NCBI GenBank assembly: GCA_041690595.1
Contig: JAWLHB010000010.1
Span: 124,001 to 188,000 of the forward strand
Reading direction: 5' to 3'
Source of the DNA: Lentisphaeria bacterium
GTDB lineage: Bacteria > Verrucomicrobiota > Lentisphaeria > JABSQK01 > JAWLHB01
Length of the DNA: 64,000 nucleotides
Part shown: positions 27,235-37,049 of the stretch, piece after piece
How the letters are laid out: the number at the start of each line of letters is the position of its first letter
How positions within the stretch are numbered: the first letter of the stretch is position 1
Translations under genes and position numbers: made by a program
Notes under the pieces: generated by a model
The model's input: only the letters and a program-made list of their open reading frames with translations
What the model was told of the DNA's origin: nothing
The model's database searches: none

Positions 27235-27606
27235 ATGTCAGATTCCCCTCATCCCTCATCAAGCCGCATACCGCTGCCTGCTGACGACGACGGCCTTTTC
27301 GCGCAGTGTGAAATGGAGGTCTTTCGTTCCGGCGGGCCAGGTGGCCAGCATGCGAATACCACGGACAGCGCGGTGCGGTTGCGCCATCTGCCGAGCGGTC
27401 TCGTGGTTACCTGTCAGCAGGAGAGGAGCCAGCATCTTAATCGGAAGCTGGCGCTGGAGAAGCTGCGCGAGCGGATCAAGAGCCATAATCGGCGGCGCCG
27501 GCCGCGGAAGAGTACGCGGGTGCCGCGGTCATCGCAGAAGAAGCGTATGGATAACAAGGCCAAGCTCTCCGAGAAGAAGCGTCGTCGTCAACCACCAGAA
27601 CCTTGA
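27235..27606 (+). CDS. ArfB/YaeJ-like peptidyl-tRNA hydrolase (RF-1 domain)
   Basis: [19 protein letters not shown], and a very basic C-terminal tail [11 protein letters not shown]...KKRRR. Confidence 0.88.
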   Translation: MSDSPHPSSSRIPLPADDDGLFAQCEMEVFRSGGPGGQHANTTDSAVRLRHLPSGLVVTCQQERSQHLNRKLALEKLRERIKSHNRRRRPRKSTRVPRSSQKKRMDNKAKLSEKKRRRQPPEP

Positions 27607-27620
27607 GACCAAGGCTGATC

Positions 27621-29540
27621 ATGCCCCTGAACTCGTCCTTCATTGCTTATCATACCGACATTGCCCGCGGTGCGTATATGCGCCCGGACGCCTTCAAGCA
27701 AGTGCTGGCTCATGCGGCCGACAGCGGTTTCACGCATGTGGTGCCCTACCTGGAGAATATGATCAAGCTGCCGGCGATGGCGAAGGCATGTCCCTCATGC
27801 GCCTATACGCCGGAGGTCTGGCAGGATTTTCAGCAGACGGCGATCAACCTTGGGATCGAGCTGGTACCACACTTCAACGTCATCGGGCATTCACAGCAGA
27901 TCTGCCAGGCTTATCCGGAACTGGCTGGTGAACTGGATTCCGTCGAGATGGATGTGACCACCGAGGTGGCGCAGACATGGACGCGGCAGGCGCTGAGTGA
28001 GTACTGCGAGTTCTCCAGAAGTGAATGGTTCCTGATCGGCGGCGATGAATGGCTGGCGCCGCGTCACCTGTTGCAGAATCCGCTCTTCAACGTTGCCCGC
28101 GCCTGGGCGGATCAGATCAATCTTGCGGTCGAGGTGCTGAAGCAGTACAACCGCACTCCGATCGTCTGGCACGACATGCTGATGCATTACCCGGAGGCGC
28201 TGGAGCTTGTCTCGAAAGACGCGGTGATCGCGTTCTGGTTCTATGATGTCGACTCCGACTATGCCGCCATTCGCCTGCTGCAGGATCATGGCTTTCGGGT
28301 GATCATGGCGAGCGGTCTCTCCGGTGGATATGTGAGTGAACGGCGTATTCTCGCAGCGCAGCAAGGTGTCGCGGCGGTCGAAAAATACGACGCCGACGGG
28401 TACATGATCACGTCGTGGGAGAAGCAGCGCTTTGAAAGCCAGAAGCTGATCACCCAGGCGATCGGGCGTATTGTCCGCGGCGAGGAGCCTTTGCCGGAGG
28501 TCATCGTCCAGACAGAGAGCCTGCGAGAAACTTACCGCGGCTTCGAGACACCGTTGCCGGCTCTGAACGACCGGCTGGAGGAGATGAAGCAGTGGCTGAA
28601 AGATCCAGCCTGGGATAGCTTTCCAAAGCATCGCGCCTGCCAGCTTGCCTGGCTGGAACAGGATGCGGAGGCGGATCTCGCCTCGTATGTGAAGTACCAC
28701 TATCCCGAAGGTCCGTTCTACGACTACATACGCCAGGGGAAGAACATCGCCCCACTCTATCGCGGCAACGGTCTGCACCTGGAAGTCGACGAAGCGGAAC
28801 CGGAAGGGGTCATGCTCCTGCTCTGCAATGGTCGGGAGCGGCTGCGCCTCTACCCCCGCTTCGGTCCGACGCTGCAGGATTGGGCCATCGGCGAGTATCA
28901 GATCATCCCGCATACTCTGCCTGCTTTTCTCAAACGGGGCAGGCCGCAAGGCGGCGGTTATCGCAGTTACAGCGCCGTCGGTGGACTGCGTCCAATCTGG
29001 GCCCTTGGAACGCATCACAATCCATGCATCCTCTGGCAGTACAAGTGGGACTGGAATGTGCTGGAGGAGACCGCGGAGCGCATCGTCGTGGAGTTGACCC
29101 AGTCCTTCCATCATGTAGACATGCGGTACCGACTGACCATGGTCGCGGGCCAACCCGGTTTCCTCATCGAACTGGACGGCGTCAACAAGCTGCCGCATGC
29201 GCGAGTCGGCTATAACTGGAACATTGTGCTCGACTTCAATGCCGGCGAGATACCGCACGCCATTTTCAAATGGGATGCCGAGGGGGATACCAGGACACTT
29301 CGCGTGGCGGAGCAGCTCGACGGCGCCTTCATGGTTCCGGCAGCTGGCGATCTCACCTTTGCCACCAGCAAGTACGAGCTGCTGATACAACCCGAAACAG
29401 CCTCCACCCACGGCTATTTCGTGGACTGGGGCCTCACCTGCATCACGCCTGATTTGCGCAGTAACTATCGGCCCGTGGCCGAGGGCGAAACCCTCAGCAC
29501 CCGCTGGCGCTTCACGGCAAAAACGCCACCTCAACACTAA
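27621..29540 (+). CDS. GH20-like hexosaminidase-fold protein with C-terminal beta-sandwich (mutarotase-like) domain
   Basis: HTDIAR, YT....F......GIELVP...IGH, IGGDE catalytic pair, WHDML, FWFY. No signal peptide. Confidence 0.7.
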   Translation: MPLNSSFIAYHTDIARGAYMRPDAFKQVLAHAADSGFTHVVPYLENMIKLPAMAKACPSCAYTPEVWQDFQQTAINLGIELVPHFNVIGHSQQICQAYPELAGELDSVEMDVTTEVAQTWTRQALSEYCEFSRSEWFLIGGDEWLAPRHLLQNPLFNVARAWADQINLAVEVLKQYNRTPIVWHDMLMHYPEALELVSKDAVIAFWFYDVDSDYAAIRLLQDHGFRVIMASGLSGGYVSERRILAAQQGVAAVEKYDADGYMITSWEKQRFESQKLITQAIGRIVRGEEPLPEVIVQTESLRETYRGFETPLPALNDRLEEMKQWLKDPAWDSFPKHRACQLAWLEQDAEADLASYVKYHYPEGPFYDYIRQGKNIAPLYRGNGLHLEVDEAEPEGVMLLLCNGRERLRLYPRFGPTLQDWAIGEYQIIPHTLPAFLKRGRPQGGGYRSYSAVGGLRPIWALGTHHNPCILWQYKWDWNVLEETAERIVVELTQSFHHVDMRYRLTMVAGQPGFLIELDGVNKLPHARVGYNWNIVLDFNAGEIPHAIFKWDAEGDTRTLRVAEQLDGAFMVPAAGDLTFATSKYELLIQPETASTHGYFVDWGLTCITPDLRSNYRPVAEGETLSTRWRFTAKTPPQH

Positions 29541-29551
29541 GTAATTCCTCC

Positions 29552-29791
29552 ATGACTGAGCCATTGCAACGCGATCTGGGGCCGCAGCCGATTGCCAGAA
29601 TCCTGGAGCAGGAAGGATTAACCGCCAACGACCTCGTGGAGGCATCGGGAGAGCAACTCACCCACAAGATGGTCAGCAGGGCCTGCAAGGGGCGGCGCCT
29701 GACTCCGAATGTCCAGAGCAAACTACTTCGCGCTCTCAATGCCCGCAGCGAAAAAGTCTATTCCCTTGACGATCTGTTTACGTATGGTTAG
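29552..29791 (+). CDS. Small putative HTH (XRE-like) protein
   Basis: 79 aa, GLTANDLV...LTHKMVSRACKGRRLT...DLFTY, a helical pattern typical of XRE-like domains. Confidence 0.65.
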   Translation: MTEPLQRDLGPQPIARILEQEGLTANDLVEASGEQLTHKMVSRACKGRRLTPNVQSKLLRALNARSEKVYSLDDLFTYG

Positions 29792-29841
29792 ATCTTAGCC
29801 GAAGCTTTGCTTCCGGTGAATCTGCGTCTCCGCCAGTGCTG

Positions 29842-29870
29842 TTGACTCTGGGATCAAGGTTCGCTATAGT
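29842..29870 (+). promoter_or_regulatory. sigma70 promoter of citrate synthase
   Basis: TTGACT-N17-TATAGT, with a strong RBS AGGAGG before ATG 29955. Confidence 0.7.
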
Positions 29871-29954
29871 GGACAAACGTCCAATGCGTTGCGTCTTCGG
29901 GGGTGACTAGCTGGGCAACACGGTTGGGGCTTATACTGCTACAGGAGGAGAAGC

Positions 29955-31361
29955 ATGATGCACGAGAACACACCCGAGATTACGGACCTGATTCTGGATG
30001 CCGCGGACAAGGCGCGCCGGGAGACGGATTCCGAACCGGAACCTGAAGTCACCACCCAGGTGAACTGGCCGGTACAGTGCACGGTCGGTCCCGGCCTTGA
30101 AGGGGCCATTGCGTGCACCAGCAAGGTGGGCTACGTGAACGGCACCAAGGGGTGGCTCATCTATCGGGGCTACGATATCTTCGACCTGTGTGCCCATTCC
30201 TGTTTCGAGGAGGTCAGCTACCTCCTGCTGCACGGCAAGCTGCCGACTGGAGCGGAGCTGGAGAGCTACAAGCAGAAGCTCTTTGACTACAGCAACATTG
30301 TCTCGGTCAAGCGCATGCTTCTGGGCTTTCCTGTCGAGGATATGAATACCATGGCGGCGCTTCGACTGGGTACTCTGCTGATGCGACAGAAGCAGACCTA
30401 TCGCGATCGCAACATCGCGGCCATGGAGGCGAACCACGAGGTACTCAGTTCAGACGAAGATTCCATCCCGATGGAAACAGAACCATCCGGCAGCCACAGT
30501 GCCGTCTACGAATTCAGCAGGAAGACGTACCGCCGGCCGCCCGGTGTGGAGTCCGAGCTGCGCGGTTCAGAAGGCTTCGAGTCGTGCTATCATCTCATTG
30601 CCGGGCTGAACACGATTACCGGCGCCGTCGCACGCATTCGCGAGGGACGCATGCCGTTGGAACCCGATCCTGAACTCAGCCACGCCGGCAACCTGCTCTA
30701 CCTGATGACGGGCCGGCGGCCGACTCCGGTGGAGGAGCGGATCATGGACGTGGCCCTCATCCTGCACGCCGATCACGGGATGAACGCGAGCACCTTTGCC
30801 GCCATGGTGGTTGCCTCGACCCTCTCGGACATTTACTTCTCCGTGGGGTCGGGTATCGCCGCCTTGAGCGGCCCTCTGCATGGCGGGGCAAATGAAAAGG
30901 TGCTGCACATGCTGGCGGAGATTGCCGGTCCCGCCGAGGTGGATGGCTGGTACGAGCAGCAGCGAGAGAAGAAGCGCAAGATCATGGGCTTCGGACACCG
31001 CGTCTACAAAGCTTACGATCCACGGGCGCGAGTTCTGGGGCCCCTGGCTGAACATCTTGCAAAGACCAACCCGGAAGTGGAGCATCTGTTCGGCGTAGCG
31101 AAGCGTCTCGAGACCAAGGTCGTGCAGACCTTGGGCGAAGAGAAGAAGATCTTCCCCAATGTCGACTTCTATTCCGGAATCGTCTATTCGTCGATGGGTA
31201 TCCCGGTGGAGCTGTTTACGCCTATCTTTGCGGTCAGCCGCGTAGCGGGCTGGACAGCGAGGGTGCTGGAGTACCTGGAGAACAACCGCATCTTTCGCCC
31301 GCGCGGCGTGTACGTCGGCGAGTTCGACAAGAAGTACGTTCCGGTCGACGAACGCGGCTAG
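29955..31361 (+). CDS. gltA: Citrate synthase (with internal insertion)
   Basis: GLEG, LIYRGY, LHADHGMNAST, GPLHGGAN, MGFGHRVYK..DPR, PNVDFYSG, IFRP. Confidence 0.93.
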   Translation: MMHENTPEITDLILDAADKARRETDSEPEPEVTTQVNWPVQCTVGPGLEGAIACTSKVGYVNGTKGWLIYRGYDIFDLCAHSCFEEVSYLLLHGKLPTGAELESYKQKLFDYSNIVSVKRMLLGFPVEDMNTMAALRLGTLLMRQKQTYRDRNIAAMEANHEVLSSDEDSIPMETEPSGSHSAVYEFSRKTYRRPPGVESELRGSEGFESCYHLIAGLNTITGAVARIREGRMPLEPDPELSHAGNLLYLMTGRRPTPVEERIMDVALILHADHGMNASTFAAMVVASTLSDIYFSVGSGIAALSGPLHGGANEKVLHMLAEIAGPAEVDGWYEQQREKKRKIMGFGHRVYKAYDPRARVLGPLAEHLAKTNPEVEHLFGVAKRLETKVVQTLGEEKKIFPNVDFYSGIVYSSMGIPVELFTPIFAVSRVAGWTARVLEYLENNRIFRPRGVYVGEFDKKYVPVDERG

Positions 31362-31369
31362 ATCTGTCT

Positions 31370-31406
31370 CCGTGCACGCTGAACAGGCGTGCACGGTATT
31401 CTCTTT
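31370..31406. terminator. Hairpin/terminator between convergent gltA and thrS
   Basis: CCGTGCACGC-TGAACAG-GCGTGCACGG perfect 10-bp stem followed by TATTCTCTTT. Confidence 0.7.
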
Positions 31407-31426
31407 CAGGCAGCGGCTGATGCCGA

Positions 31427-33244
31427 TCAGTCGATGGGCAGGGCGACTTCGGGATCGTTGTCCAGAGTCTGGTTGGAGCGCAGGCTCTCCAGGGCTGAAA
31501 TGGCTTTGTCGAGCGGAATTGTCTCCTGCTCTTTCCTGCAATAGCGTCGCCAGGTGATGGTGCGAGCCTCCTGCTCTTCGCCGCCGATGACCCACAGGTT
31601 GGGAATCTTGGCGGTGATGCCGTTGCGCATCTTCTTGCCGAAGGAGTCGTTGGAATCGTCCATCTCCACCAGGAAGCGCTTCTTGCGAAGCATTTCCCTG
31701 ATCTCATTGGCATAGCCGTAGACATGCTCGCCCACCGGCAGCAGGCGAACGGGCCGGGGGGCCAGCCAAGTCGGAAATGCACCACCGTAGTGCTCGACGA
31801 GCAGGGCGAAGAAGCGCTCGATAGAGCCGAAGAGGGCCCGATGCACCATATAGGTGCGGTGCTTCTGACCGTCCTCACCGACGTAAGTCATGTCAAAGCG
31901 CTCAGGTAGATTGAAGTCGAACTGAATGGTGGAGCACTGCCAGTCGCGGCCGAGTGCGTCCTGAATTTTCAAGTCGATCTTCGGTCCGTAGAAGGCGCCC
32001 CCCCCTTCGTCGACCTGGCAGTCAAGCTGATGGCGGTCGACAGCCGTGCGCAACGAGGCGATGGCCTTTTCCCAGTCCTGGGGATCGCCGACGGATTTCT
32101 CGGGCTTGGTCGCCAGATAAACCTTGTAGTTCTTGAAGCCGAACTTGCGCAGCATATAGAGGCAGAAGCCGAGGACCTCGCTGATTTCGTCGACGATCTG
32201 GTCGGGGCGGCAGATGATGTGCGCGTCGTCCTGCGTGAAGCCACGCACCCGCAGGAGGCCGTTGAGGACGCCGCTCTTCTCGTAGCGATAGACGGTTCCC
32301 AGCTCCGCCAGGCGCATCGGCAACTCGCGATACGAGTGCGGCGAGTCCTGGAAGATCTTGATGTGGAAGGGGCAGTTCATCGGCTTGATGAAGAACTCCT
32401 TTTCGTCGATCTTCAGGGGCGAATACATGTCTTCGCGGTAAAAGCCGAGATGGCCGCTGGTCTGCCAGAGGTTGGCCATGCCGATATGGGGCGTATAGAG
32501 GAGTTCGTAGCCGTTGGCGTAATGCTCGTCGCGCCAGAAGGTCTCGATGGTATTGCGGATGCGGGCACCACGCGGGTGCCACAGAGTCAGTCCACCGCCA
32601 ACTTCTTCGTTGAAGCTGAAGAGGTCGAGCTCCTTGCCCAGCTTGCGATGGTCGCGCTGGCGTGCCAACTCCCGCTTGGCCAGGTAATCGCTGAGCATCT
32701 CTTGGTTCTCGAACGCGAGCCCATAGATACGGGTCAGCATCTTGTTGTTCTCATCGCCGCGCCAGTAGCTTCCGGCAATACGATCAAGCGTGAAGGCGCC
32801 CTTTGGAACCTGCCGGGTGGATTCAAGATGGGGTCCTTCGCACATGTCCACGAAGGAGCCATTCTCGAAGAAACTCAGCTCGCCATTGGCGGCATTTCCC
32901 GATTCAACCAGCTCGCGGGCGTAGTCGACCTTGTAGCTCTGCCCCATATCCTGCAGCTTCTGGACCGCTGCGTCGAGTGGCAGATTGTACTGCGTGAATG
33001 GCTGGTTCTGCTTCACGATCTTCTTCATCCGCTTCTCGATCTCCTTGAGATCTTCCTGCGTGATCGGAGCATCTTCAAAGTCAAAGTCGTAGTAAAAGCC
33101 GTTTTCGATGGCCGGGCCAAAACCCAAGCGGGCAGTCGGACGAAGCTGCAGGACAGCCTGGGCGAGGATATGAGCCAGTGAATGACGCAGGCGGTGCAGG
33201 AAGTCTTCCTGTTCGGCGGATGGGTTCTCGGTTGCCGTTTGCAT
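31427..33244 (-). CDS. thrS: Threonine--tRNA ligase
   Basis: LRHSLAH, GFYYDF, DMCEGPH, RDHRKLG, KPMNCP, LLRVRGFTQDDAH, FYGPKID, HRALFGSIERF. Confidence 0.97.
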   Translation of the reverse strand: MQTATENPSAEQEDFLHRLRHSLAHILAQAVLQLRPTARLGFGPAIENGFYYDFDFEDAPITQEDLKEIEKRMKKIVKQNQPFTQYNLPLDAAVQKLQDMGQSYKVDYARELVESGNAANGELSFFENGSFVDMCEGPHLESTRQVPKGAFTLDRIAGSYWRGDENNKMLTRIYGLAFENQEMLSDYLAKRELARQRDHRKLGKELDLFSFNEEVGGGLTLWHPRGARIRNTIETFWRDEHYANGYELLYTPHIGMANLWQTSGHLGFYREDMYSPLKIDEKEFFIKPMNCPFHIKIFQDSPHSYRELPMRLAELGTVYRYEKSGVLNGLLRVRGFTQDDAHIICRPDQIVDEISEVLGFCLYMLRKFGFKNYKVYLATKPEKSVGDPQDWEKAIASLRTAVDRHQLDCQVDEGGGAFYGPKIDLKIQDALGRDWQCSTIQFDFNLPERFDMTYVGEDGQKHRTYMVHRALFGSIERFFALLVEHYGGAFPTWLAPRPVRLLPVGEHVYGYANEIREMLRKKRFLVEMDDSNDSFGKKMRNGITAKIPNLWVIGGEEQEARTITWRRYCRKEQETIPLDKAISALESLRSNQTLDNDPEVALPID

Positions 33245-33512
33245 TTGAAGGACCTTGCTCGGAGAAGTTGACGACGGTTCAGCGCAATGGAAGTCTGAAC
33301 TATCGCACCAAAGCGCCGCATTATCAAGGCTGTCACCCTCATTCTCGACATTTCACCACGCCCATTGTGTGGAGTTCCAACGATGACGGCGACCATGACA
33401 GCCGATGATTGGCATAAGCAGTTCAGGCTCGCGCAAAGCCGTGCGTTTGCGCAGCGGCATCCTCCTCCATTAGGTTACCTGCATAGGTAAACCTTCAATC
33501 ACGAGAGCTTGC

Positions 33513-35000
33513 ATGAGAGAATTCAACGGAGCGATGATGCAGTACTTCCACTGGTACACGCCGGCGGATGGTTCGCTGTGGAGAGAACTTGCTGGAGAAG
33601 TTGCCGCCCTGGCGGAAGCGGGCATCACCTCCGTGTGGCTGCCGCCAGCCTATAAGGGTGCCGATGGCGCCAACGATGTGGGGTATGGAGTCTACGACCA
33701 TTTCGACCTGGGAGAATTCGATCAGAAAGGCTCCGTGCGAACAAAGTACGGAACGCGTGACGAGTACCTGGCGGCAATAAAGGCAGCGAAAGCGGCGGGC
33801 ATGCACGTCTACGCGGATATCGTCTTCAGTCACAAGATCGGCGCTGACGGCGAGGAGGAGTTCAAGGCGACGCCCTACAATCCGGACAATCGCAACGAGG
33901 CCATCGGCGAGCTGCAGCCGATCAAGGCTGGAACGCTCTTTACCTTTCCGGGACGGAATGGAATACACTCCACCCTGGAATGGCACTGGTGGCACTTCAA
34001 CGCAGTGGACAGCAACCTGCTCGCCCCAGATACCCAGGCGATCTACCTCTTCGAGAACAAGAGCTTTCATGACGATGTCGACCGGGAGAAGGGCAACTTC
34101 GACTACCTGATGGGATGCAATCTGGATATCGACAGTCCTGACGTGCGCAAGGAACTCTTTTACTGGGGAGAGTGGTATCTGGATACGACCGACGTGGACG
34201 GCTTCCGCTTCGACGCGGTCAAGCACGTCGAGTCGTGGTTTTTCGTCGAATGGCTCAAGCATCTGCGAGAGCGCCGAGGGACCGAATTGTTTGCGGTGGG
34301 CGAATACTGGTCCGGCAAAGGTGATGCGTTGAAGCACTTCCTGAAGGTGACCGAGGGCAACATGATGCTCTTCGACGCCGGTCTGCATTACAGTTTTGCC
34401 GCTGCAAGTCGGGCGGAGCAGGAGTACGACCTGCGCACGATTTTCGACGCCAGTCTGGTCAAGGATCACCCGGACCTGGCCGTCACGCTGGTCAGCAATC
34501 ATGACACGCAGCCTCTGCAGGCGCTGGAGTCGGTAGTGGAGCCGTGGTTTACGCCACTGGCGTACGCACTCATTCTGCTGCGGCGAGGCGGATATCCATG
34601 CATCTTCGCGGCAGACTATTATGGAGCCGAGTACACGGATAAAGGCAAGGATGGTCAGGAGCATGAGATCAAGATGGCAAGTCACAAGTGGTTGATCGAC
34701 CGTTTTCTCGACGCCAGGCGCCGCCATGCCTACGGTGAGCAGAGGGATTATTTCGACGATCCGCACTGCATCGGTTGGACGCGGATCGGTAACGAGGAGC
34801 ATCCCGGCTCGCTGGCGGTCCTCATCAGCAATGACGGAGATGGCGTCAAGCCGATGGAGACAGGATCGCCGGAGACGCGATATGTCGACCTGACGGAGCA
34901 TATCAAGGAGCCGGTTGTCACCAACGGCGATGGCTGGGGAGATTTTTGCTGCCATGGGCGCTCCGTTTCGGTGTGGGTACCAGCCGACGAAGACGAGTGA
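33513..35000 (+). CDS. amyA: Cytoplasmic alpha-amylase (GH13, AmyA/liquefying type)
   Basis: MMQYFHW, WLPPAYKG, VRTKYGT, FRFDAVKH, GEYW, NHDTQP. No signal peptide. Confidence 0.92.
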   Translation: MREFNGAMMQYFHWYTPADGSLWRELAGEVAALAEAGITSVWLPPAYKGADGANDVGYGVYDHFDLGEFDQKGSVRTKYGTRDEYLAAIKAAKAAGMHVYADIVFSHKIGADGEEEFKATPYNPDNRNEAIGELQPIKAGTLFTFPGRNGIHSTLEWHWWHFNAVDSNLLAPDTQAIYLFENKSFHDDVDREKGNFDYLMGCNLDIDSPDVRKELFYWGEWYLDTTDVDGFRFDAVKHVESWFFVEWLKHLRERRGTELFAVGEYWSGKGDALKHFLKVTEGNMMLFDAGLHYSFAAASRAEQEYDLRTIFDASLVKDHPDLAVTLVSNHDTQPLQALESVVEPWFTPLAYALILLRRGGYPCIFAADYYGAEYTDKGKDGQEHEIKMASHKWLIDRFLDARRRHAYGEQRDYFDDPHCIGWTRIGNEEHPGSLAVLISNDGDGVKPMETGSPETRYVDLTEHIKEPVVTNGDGWGDFCCHGRSVSVWVPADEDE

Positions 35001-35092
35001 GTCAAAAGCCTCTTTGCCTGCTGGCGAAGCATGGTTGGAGAGCTACATTGCCAGCCCCCGACATATTCACCCAACGATCAGGAGGAAGATAC

Positions 35093-35581
35093 GTGAAATC
35101 TCTCTTCACCGCGTTTCTCGTCAGCGCTTACCTGCTCGTCACCGGTTGCGCCACACCGAAGCTCAGCCACCCTGGAGCAACGGCGGCATGCACCGAACCT
35201 TGCGTTGCCGCGAGTGAAGAGGAGATCGCGGCTCTCTTCGATCGGTGGAATCAGTCTCTGCGGAGCGGGGATCCGCGTCTTGTCGTCGCCAACTATGCGG
35301 ATCGTTCGATCCTGCTACCGACGGCATCCAATACGCCTCGGCTGACAGCGGCGGAGAAGGAGGACTACTTTCACCACTTTCTCGAGGATCAGCCGATTGG
35401 CGAGATCCTCCTGCGGCACATCGATATTGGCTGCAACATTGCGGTGGATTCCGGCCTGTACACCTTCCATTTCGCCAAGACCGGCGCGAGCATCCCGGCA
35501 CGCTATAGCTTCACCTATCGCTGGGATGGCAACGAGTGGCTCATCGTCAGTCATCATTCGTCGGCAATGCCCGAGAAATGA
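35093..35581 (+). CDS. NTF2-like (SgcJ/EcaC, CaMKII-association-like) lipoprotein
   Basis: GTG start after AGGAGG, lipobox LVTGC, ALFDRWN, LLPT.SN, DSGLYTF, ARYSF.Y, HHSSAMPE. Confidence 0.85.
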   Translation: MKSLFTAFLVSAYLLVTGCATPKLSHPGATAACTEPCVAASEEEIAALFDRWNQSLRSGDPRLVVANYADRSILLPTASNTPRLTAAEKEDYFHHFLEDQPIGEILLRHIDIGCNIAVDSGLYTFHFAKTGASIPARYSFTYRWDGNEWLIVSHHSSAMPEK

Positions 35582-35687
35582 GGATGTCGCGGGTGGCGCT
35601 TTGAGCCAGGTGGTTTACTGTTCCGAATAGAATGGCGGCGGTCATGCGGATGTCGCCCAAGATTCATGTTTCATGGGAGTCTCTTGC

Positions 35688-37010
35688 ATGTTGACGAGCA
35701 CGTATCAACGCGAGCTGGAAGTTCGGCATGATGTCGATGTACTGGTGGTGGGAGGAGGACCGGCCGGGATAGCGGCCGCACTGGCGGCCTCGCGCCAGGG
35801 CGCATCGGTGCGTCTGCTGGAAGCTCATAGCTGCCTTGGCGGCATGGGCACGGCGGGCATGGTCCCGGCTTTCATGCAGTTCACCGACGGCATCAATTTT
35901 CTTGCGGGTGGCATTGGGAAGGAGATTCTCGACACGCTCCGCCAAGCGGATGGAACGGTCCCCGCCGATGGGATGGGCATTCGCGCCGAGGTCCTGAAAC
36001 GCGCCTACGACCAGTTGCTCACCAGCGCCGACATCCCCTTCACCTTCCACACACAGCTCGTCGACGTGACCGCCCGCGAGGGAACGGTCAGCGAGGCCAT
36101 CTGCGCGGGCAAGTCGGGGCTCTACGTCATCCGTGCGAAGCTCTTCATCGATTGCACGGGCGATGGCGATCTTGCCGCCTTTGCCGGAGCGCCATACGAG
36201 AAGGGCGACGCTGAGGGGAAGATGATGCCTGGCACGCTGTGCAGCCTCTGGTCCGGCGTGGACTGGAAGACCGTTCGCGAGGCAGGACTGGGCTCCGGCA
36301 ATGTTCGCATCGAAGAGGCGTTCGCGGACGGGGTCTTCACGCTCGAAGACCGCCATCTTCCCGGCATGTGGCGAGTGGGAAGTACCTTGGGCGGCGGCAA
36401 CATCGGGCATACCTTCGACCTCGACGGAACCCACGAGGAGTCCCTGACGCGCGCCTACCTCTGGGGCCGCCAGTCCATGCGCGAGTACGAGCGCTACTAT
36501 AAAGAGTACCTGAAGGGATTCGAGGAGATGGAGCTTGTCGCCACGGGGTCCCTGCTCGGCGTCCGCGAGACCCGGCGTATCGTTGGCGACTATGTCCTCA
36601 ACGTTGACGACTTCAACAGCCGGGCGGTTTTTGAGGATGAGATAGGCCGCTATTCCTATCCAATCGACATCCACGTCGCCAGGCCCGACAAAGCCAGCTA
36701 CGATCAGTTCAAGGCGGAGTTCACCACCATGAGGCTGGGCGCAGGCGAGAGTTACGGGATACCCTACCGCGTCCTGACGCCCAAAGGACTCAAGAATGTT
36801 CTGGTGGCGGGCCGTTGCGTGAGCACGGATCGCAGCATGCAGGCGTCGTTGCGGGTGATGCCCGGATGTTATATCACCGGTCAGGCCGCCGGTGTCGCGG
36901 CTGCCATGGCCGTGGAAGGGCAGATGGATACCCGGGGAATCGAGATCGAGGAACTGCTGAGACGACTCGCCGCCATGGGGGCCTACCTGCCCAACCTCGC
37001 AACTTCATAA
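35688..37010 (+). CDS. FAD-dependent oxidoreductase (FAD_oxidored family)
   Basis: DVLVVGGGPAG, LGGMGT, IDCTGDGD, GVRETRRI, YGIPYRVL, LVAGRCVS, GQAAG. Confidence 0.88.
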   Translation: MLTSTYQRELEVRHDVDVLVVGGGPAGIAAALAASRQGASVRLLEAHSCLGGMGTAGMVPAFMQFTDGINFLAGGIGKEILDTLRQADGTVPADGMGIRAEVLKRAYDQLLTSADIPFTFHTQLVDVTAREGTVSEAICAGKSGLYVIRAKLFIDCTGDGDLAAFAGAPYEKGDAEGKMMPGTLCSLWSGVDWKTVREAGLGSGNVRIEEAFADGVFTLEDRHLPGMWRVGSTLGGGNIGHTFDLDGTHEESLTRAYLWGRQSMREYERYYKEYLKGFEEMELVATGSLLGVRETRRIVGDYVLNVDDFNSRAVFEDEIGRYSYPIDIHVARPDKASYDQFKAEFTTMRLGAGESYGIPYRVLTPKGLKNVLVAGRCVSTDRSMQASLRVMPGCYITGQAAGVAAAMAVEGQMDTRGIEIEELLRRLAAMGAYLPNLATS

Positions 37011-37049
37011 AACCGTCGATCCGACACGAGAAAACAGAAGGACGAGCCG

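Noticed and set aside
33245..33400. T-box or anticodon-mimic leader upstream of thrS
   Set aside because: No T-box consensus (AAGGTGGNACC) and no Thr anticodon-like loop seen, only a short GTTCAG/CTGAAC stem
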